DNA of 64,000 nt, taken from assembly GCF_009914755.1 (NCBI RefSeq), contig NC_060940.1; one strand, written 5' to 3'. Of this stretch, positions 59,690 to 64,000 are shown in pieces. The stretch is from the human T2T-CHM13v2.0 reference genome, Homo sapiens. The translations under genes and the position numbers were made by a program. The notes beneath the pieces were generated by a model. That model worked only from the letters and a program-made list of their open reading frames with translations. It had not been told where the DNA came from and searched no databases. The stretch's first letter is position 1; each line of letters begins with the position of its first letter.

Positions 59690-59860
59690 GAAAAGAAGCC
59701 TCTGTCCTTGGTGAGCAAGAAAAGGCAGGTTGTGAAATAGCGGAAAAGGCACAGGAAATGCTCTGTGTCTTGGTGGGAACTGAGACTAAGGGTAAGGGTG
59801 TGTCCATGCCGGCTGTGTTCTCTTCTTACAGGTTCAGAGGATTTTCCAGCTGGGAGGGCT
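59690..59860 (-). promoter_or_regulatory. MEFV: MEFV proximal promoter with C/EBP, ETS and NF-kB-like sites
   Basis: TTGTGAAAT 59730-59738, CAGGAAAT 59752-59759, AGGATTTTCC 59838-59847; agrees with known C/EBPbeta and NF-kB regulation of MEFV. Confidence 0.65.
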
Positions 59861-60519
59861 CCATGCCTTGGCAGACATGTGCCCCCACACCCCTCCCAAA
59901 CCCTGGACCTCGCCTCCACACTAGACCACAGACAGATGGGCAAGTCTGCAAGGGAAGGTCTGGGATTGGATTCCAGACACCCCCTCCAATCTTCCTTCCT
60001 GCCAGGATCTGGGGCTGGCAGAGCGGGTGAGTGGGAACAGAGAGGACTATGCTGAGGGCCCGCCCTGCTGGTCAACTGTTCTCCTCCAGACTCGGGGTTT
60101 CAGGGACCTTCCAGAGCCAATGGCACAGGACGGGGGAAGGGGTGGGCACTGAATACAGTCCTGTGAGCTTTGCCTTTCCTGGCCCAAGAAGGCAAGTGAG
60201 GCCAGAAGGGCACTGCCAGGAGATAACTCTTGCCATGCCATCACCCCTGTTGATCCGGTTCCAGTTGACTGGTTCTTCCAGCCACATGAAGGACTTGAAA
60301 AGCAATGCCTGGACCACCAGCCTGACTCATCTGTTCCCAGAGCTGACTCAGTCCTCGCTCCCTGGAGCCAGAATGCTCTTCCGTGCACATTCATTGAACA
60401 TTCTAGACAGTGTGCCAAGATGCTGGAGCTACACGGGTGAAAAGGCACGGGTGTCCTTCAGCTCATATGTGGTGCAGGGCCCCAGAGGTGGCTTTGAAGC
60501 TAACAGAAGTTACATGTTG

Positions 60520-63530
<3,011 letters not shown>

Positions 63531-63564
63531 TTTTTTCATAGATGATGAAATGTAGGCTTACAGG

Positions 63565-63681
63565 TAGGGTGACCAACACATTTTGTCTAGGAGCAAAACC
63601 CAATTTGCCCAGTCTTAGCACTGAAAGCCTAGTTCTGGGAACGACCACAGTCCGGGGAAATTGGGACAATTGCCCACCCTG
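63565..63681. mobile_element. Small hAT-Blackjack-type DNA element (MER81/MER94-like)
   Basis: Imperfect terminal inverted repeats tagggtgaccaac ... aattgcccaccctg. Confidence 0.45.
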
Positions 63682-64000
63682 TTTAGATGGGTTAATTGAC
63701 ATACTGAACACATGTCTAGCTAGGAAGAGGCACCACAGGGCCATTCATTTACTCTTGGAGCACCTGCTGTATGCCAGATGCTATTCTAGGTACTACTGAT
63801 ACAGAACTGAACAGAAAAAAACTTCTTGCAGTGCTCACATTCTTTTTTTTCTGATATAAATGCCCTTCAGAAGAGGCCACATTCTTTTTTTTTTTTCGAG
63901 ATGGAATTTCACTCAGTCGCCCAGGCTGGAGGGCAGTAGCGCAATCTCGCCACTGCAACCTCTGCCTCCAGTGTTTGAGCGATCCTCCTGCCTCAGCGTC

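Noticed and set aside
59644-60075. In-frame upstream extension of pyrin in the ORF track
   Set aside because: It runs through the promoter motifs, so most of it probably lies upstream of the transcription start; the recognised start is ATG 59643

Overview
Human genomic DNA, recognisable from its protein sequences as the 16p13.3 familial Mediterranean fever region. Gene order: OR1F1 (+, intact single-exon ORF, 312 aa), OR1F2P (+, frameshifted at codon 7), ZNF200 (-, 4 coding exons, 395 aa, five C2H2 fingers) and MEFV/pyrin (-, 10 coding exons, 781 aa). I traced every ZNF200 and MEFV exon boundary to a GT-AG junction, and the lengths sum to complete ORFs (1188 and 2346 nt). The rest is very Alu-dense, with several LTRs, L1 and DNA-transposon relics, a 969-nt pure-purine satellite at the window start and a C-rich VNTR in the ZNF200 promoter. 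This is a well-studied locus and I found no convincing wholly new gene system. The best leads are: (1) a paralogous homeodomain+O/E promoter block upstream of both OR genes, with a donor/acceptor pair that would splice around the OR1F2P frameshift; (2) the 'functional' OR1F1 has lost the DRY arginine that the 'pseudogene' keeps; (3) ZNF200 carries SCAN-like and KRAB-A relics; (4) inverted Alus tightly flank MEFV exon 2; (5) nested retroelements with target-site duplications and unexplained local duplications. Repeat family names come from recalled consensus sequences and need RepeatMasker/Dfam confirmation.
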